DNA of 27,039 nucleotides from a virus. Lineage: Duplodnaviria; Caudoviricetes. The stretch is from positions 1-27,039 of the IMG/VR virus record IMGVR_UViG_3300041403_000630; one strand, given 5' to 3'. Positions within the stretch are counted from its first letter, which is position 1; each line of letters begins with the position of its first letter. The notes below the pieces were generated by a model. The model was not told the DNA's origin and ran no database searches. It worked only from the letters and a program-made list of their open reading frames with translations. Positions 25,435 to 27,039 of the stretch are shown here, piece by piece. A program made the position numbers and the translations under genes.

Positions 25435-25670
25435 CGGCGTGCCTCCATCCGCTCGGTCCATCGCAGCTGGGCGAGGAAGAATCGGTACTCTCGGTCGAGC
25501 TCGAAGTCTTGGGTCTCCGGGACGCGGGCGGCAGCTCGAGCGGCGGCTCGCACGAACGCTCGCCGGGCTAGGGCTACCGGGCATGCGTCTTCAGGGCAGA
25601 GCAGGTAGCACATGCCGGCTCGCTCGCGTGCGTTCATCTGGGCGAAGAGGGATTCGACTGTCTCGGGCAT
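25431..25670 (-). CDS. Hypothetical protein, 79 aa
   Basis: Start reassigned to ATG 25670, preceded by ACCTACCACGGAGG and P2. Confidence 0.7.
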   Translation of the reverse strand: MPETVESLFAQMNARERAGMCYLLCPEDACPVALARRAFVRAAARAAARVPETQDFELDREYRFFLAQLRWTERMEARR

Positions 25671-25719
25671 CGGTGTCCTCCGTGGTAGGTGAGTGCCGGG
25701 GTCATCCCCAGCCGTGAGC

Positions 25720-25748
25720 ATGTTAGCAGGTATGTCAGGCCGTGTCAA
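25720..25748 (-). promoter_or_regulatory. Sigma70-type promoter P2
   Basis: TTGACA-17 bp-TAACAT. The upstream gene's TGA lies within TTGACA. Confidence 0.85.
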
Positions 25749-26218
25749 CCCCACAGTGTGCGGCCCGGGGTGTCTTGCGTGGTTCGAGTGTAGAACCTGG
25801 TCGGGCTGGCTTCGGCCGGCGTCAGGCCTTGGGCCTCGACCTCGGCCAGTCGCTCGAAGGTCCGGCAGTCGTAAGCCATGAGCCAGGTGAGGCCGGGCTC
25901 GATCCCTGCTTCATGGTCCTCGAGGTAGACGTCGGCCTTGAAGCCGGCCAGCTGGCTCGGGCAGAGGTCTCGAGCTTCGTACCCCAGCCGCAGCCAGTGC
26001 TCGAGCTTCGGGCCCCGCAGCCGCTCGCAGGTCCAGAAGCCTGCGTCCTCCGTGGGTGCCACCTCGTACACCATCTGGTGCTCGTGGTGCTTCCCGTGGA
26101 AGACGAAGACTTGCCAGCTGCGGGCGGTGTAGCTCATGGTCAGGTGCCAGCCCTTCGGGGCTTGGAACCACTGGCGGCAGGCGTCTCGGATCTTCGCTAG
26201 CTCGGGTCCGTGCGTCAT
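25745..26218 (-). CDS. Hypothetical protein, 157 aa
   Basis: Start reassigned to ATG 26218 (GGAGG SD, ATGA overlap with the upstream gene). Confidence 0.65.
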   Translation of the reverse strand: MTHGPELAKIRDACRQWFQAPKGWHLTMSYTARSWQVFVFHGKHHEHQMVYEVAPTEDAGFWTCERLRGPKLEHWLRLGYEARDLCPSQLAGFKADVYLEDHEAGIEPGLTWLMAYDCRTFERLAEVEAQGLTPAEASPTRFYTRTTQDTPGRTLWG

Positions 26219-26571
26219 CGCAGGCCCTCCTCTCGGGCGTGCTCGGTCGCCTCCTCGAAGGTGTCGAACGGGCCGTGCAGGAGCTCGCAGTCGGCCGGCT
26301 GGGCGTTCGGCCGGCAGTAGAACCCGGTCGAGTCCTTCCAGACCTCGTAGGTGCTGGAGGGGCTGGGAGTGTGGTAGTGCTCCGGTCGTTCGTCGAGGAC
26401 CGTGCTGCCGGGGTGGTTCTCGGCTGCCCATGCTCGAGCGTCGGCAACCGTCGCGTGGGCCGGGCCGGTCGTGTAGGTCACTCCGAACTCCTCCTGCATC
26501 TCGAGGATGTCGGCGGTCTGGGGCTGGAGGTGGAAGGCTCGGCCGTCGAAGGTGGGGAGGAAGGTAGTCAT
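26215..26571 (-). CDS. Hypothetical first early protein, 118 aa, acidic
   Basis: GGAG SD and the conserved leader, downstream of P1. Confidence 0.7.
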   Translation of the reverse strand: MTTFLPTFDGRAFHLQPQTADILEMQEEFGVTYTTGPAHATVADARAWAAENHPGSTVLDERPEHYHTPSPSSTYEVWKDSTGFYCRPNAQPADCELLHGPFDTFEEATEHAREEGLR

Positions 26572-26625
26572 GGTGGTCTCCGTGGAAGGTGGTAGGTGGC
26601 CGGCCGTCGTTGGCCGTGCACGGTC

Positions 26626-26653
26626 ATCATACCTACCATCGGTCGTATGTCAA
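26626..26653 (-). promoter_or_regulatory. Sigma70-type promoter P1
   Basis: TTGACA-16 bp-TATGAT, with an A/T-rich tract further upstream (~26661-26690). Confidence 0.75.
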
Positions 26654-26781
26654 GCGGTAGGATAAAGAATCTCGGAAGATTCTGAAAAAAGCAGGTAGGC
26701 CAGGTCGAACCGAAAAGGGCAGATGGTCCGGTGCATCGGTGCAGACATGGATGAGGTCGAGCTTCGGCGGGGCCGGCCGGC

Positions 26782-26932
26782 GTCCGATAAGGGCTGCGGG
26801 CTGCTCCGAGTCTAGGCTAGACTAGGAAAGAGGCCTCCCGGATGCTGCGGGGCGGGTCTTGTGCTCGGATTGTGCTCACGAGGCCGGCGGTCGGCCGCTG
26901 GCGGGTCCGATAAAGCCTGCGGGGTCCGATAA
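26782..26932. repeat. Short direct repeats GTCCGATAA (x3) in the non-coding end region
   Basis: Copies at 26782, 26905 and 26924. The first two extend to gtccgataa(g/a)g(g/c)ctgcggg. Confidence 0.7.
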
Positions 26933-27039
26933 CCGGGGGGCCGGGGGGGAGGCTCGGCCGCTCGCGTATAGTCAGAGGGCCAGACAAGTTTTCGCGGTGA
27001 ACATTCCGAGTGAAACTTTTTTCACTCACTGAGCCACAG

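Larger units (their letters stand above)
22355..26599 (-). repeat. Dispersed leader motif (A)CCTACCAC(GGAG), six intergenic copies
   Basis: Plus-strand gtggtagg within 22355-22364, 23342-23353, 23645-23656, 24790-24803, 25678-25691 and 26578-26599. All are intergenic and upstream of minus-strand starts. Confidence 0.9.

Noticed and set aside
22355-26599. ACCTACCAC repeats as a CRISPR array or as phage RNAP promoters
   Set aside because: Spacing is irregular with whole genes between copies. The motif is short, sits downstream of sigma70 promoters, and is absent from late intergenic regions.
26962-26982. CCCTCTGACTATACG on the minus strand resembling a T7/T3 promoter core
   Set aside because: Single partial match with no G-run start and no repeat elsewhere.
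26817-27029. 70-aa minus-strand ORF at the right end
   Set aside because: Low-complexity Pro/Arg sequence across repeats, with no SD. More likely non-coding.

Overview
The window is about 27 kb of a GC-rich podophage genome with T7-like (Autographiviridae-type) transcription and virion genes; essentially all real genes are on the minus strand. In transcription order (right to left): (1) a non-coding end region (~26.6-27.0 kb). (2) An early region of small accessory genes (LPD29-like, DUF3846-like, PAPS-reductase-like, tyrosine recombinase) built from repeated units: sigma70 promoter, GC hairpin, ACCTACCAC, GGAG, ATG. (3) A replication/recombination block that is not T7-like: Rad52/Sak-type annealing protein, Gp157, SF2 helicase, Zn-finger/Toprim primase, DUF1064-type nuclease, and no DNA polymerase in view. 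(4) A single-subunit RNA polymerase placed just before the late genes (phiKMV-like position). (5) Portal, scaffold and major capsid with a terminator. (6) A ~5.8 kb block containing a 1214-aa LamG/Ig-repeat protein and a lipoprotein. (7) Two tandem tail tubular protein A paralogues and a remodelled tail tubular protein B that runs off the left edge. CTCGAG is strongly over-represented (~80 copies by hand count). Family assignments come from motif recognition by eye, not database searches.
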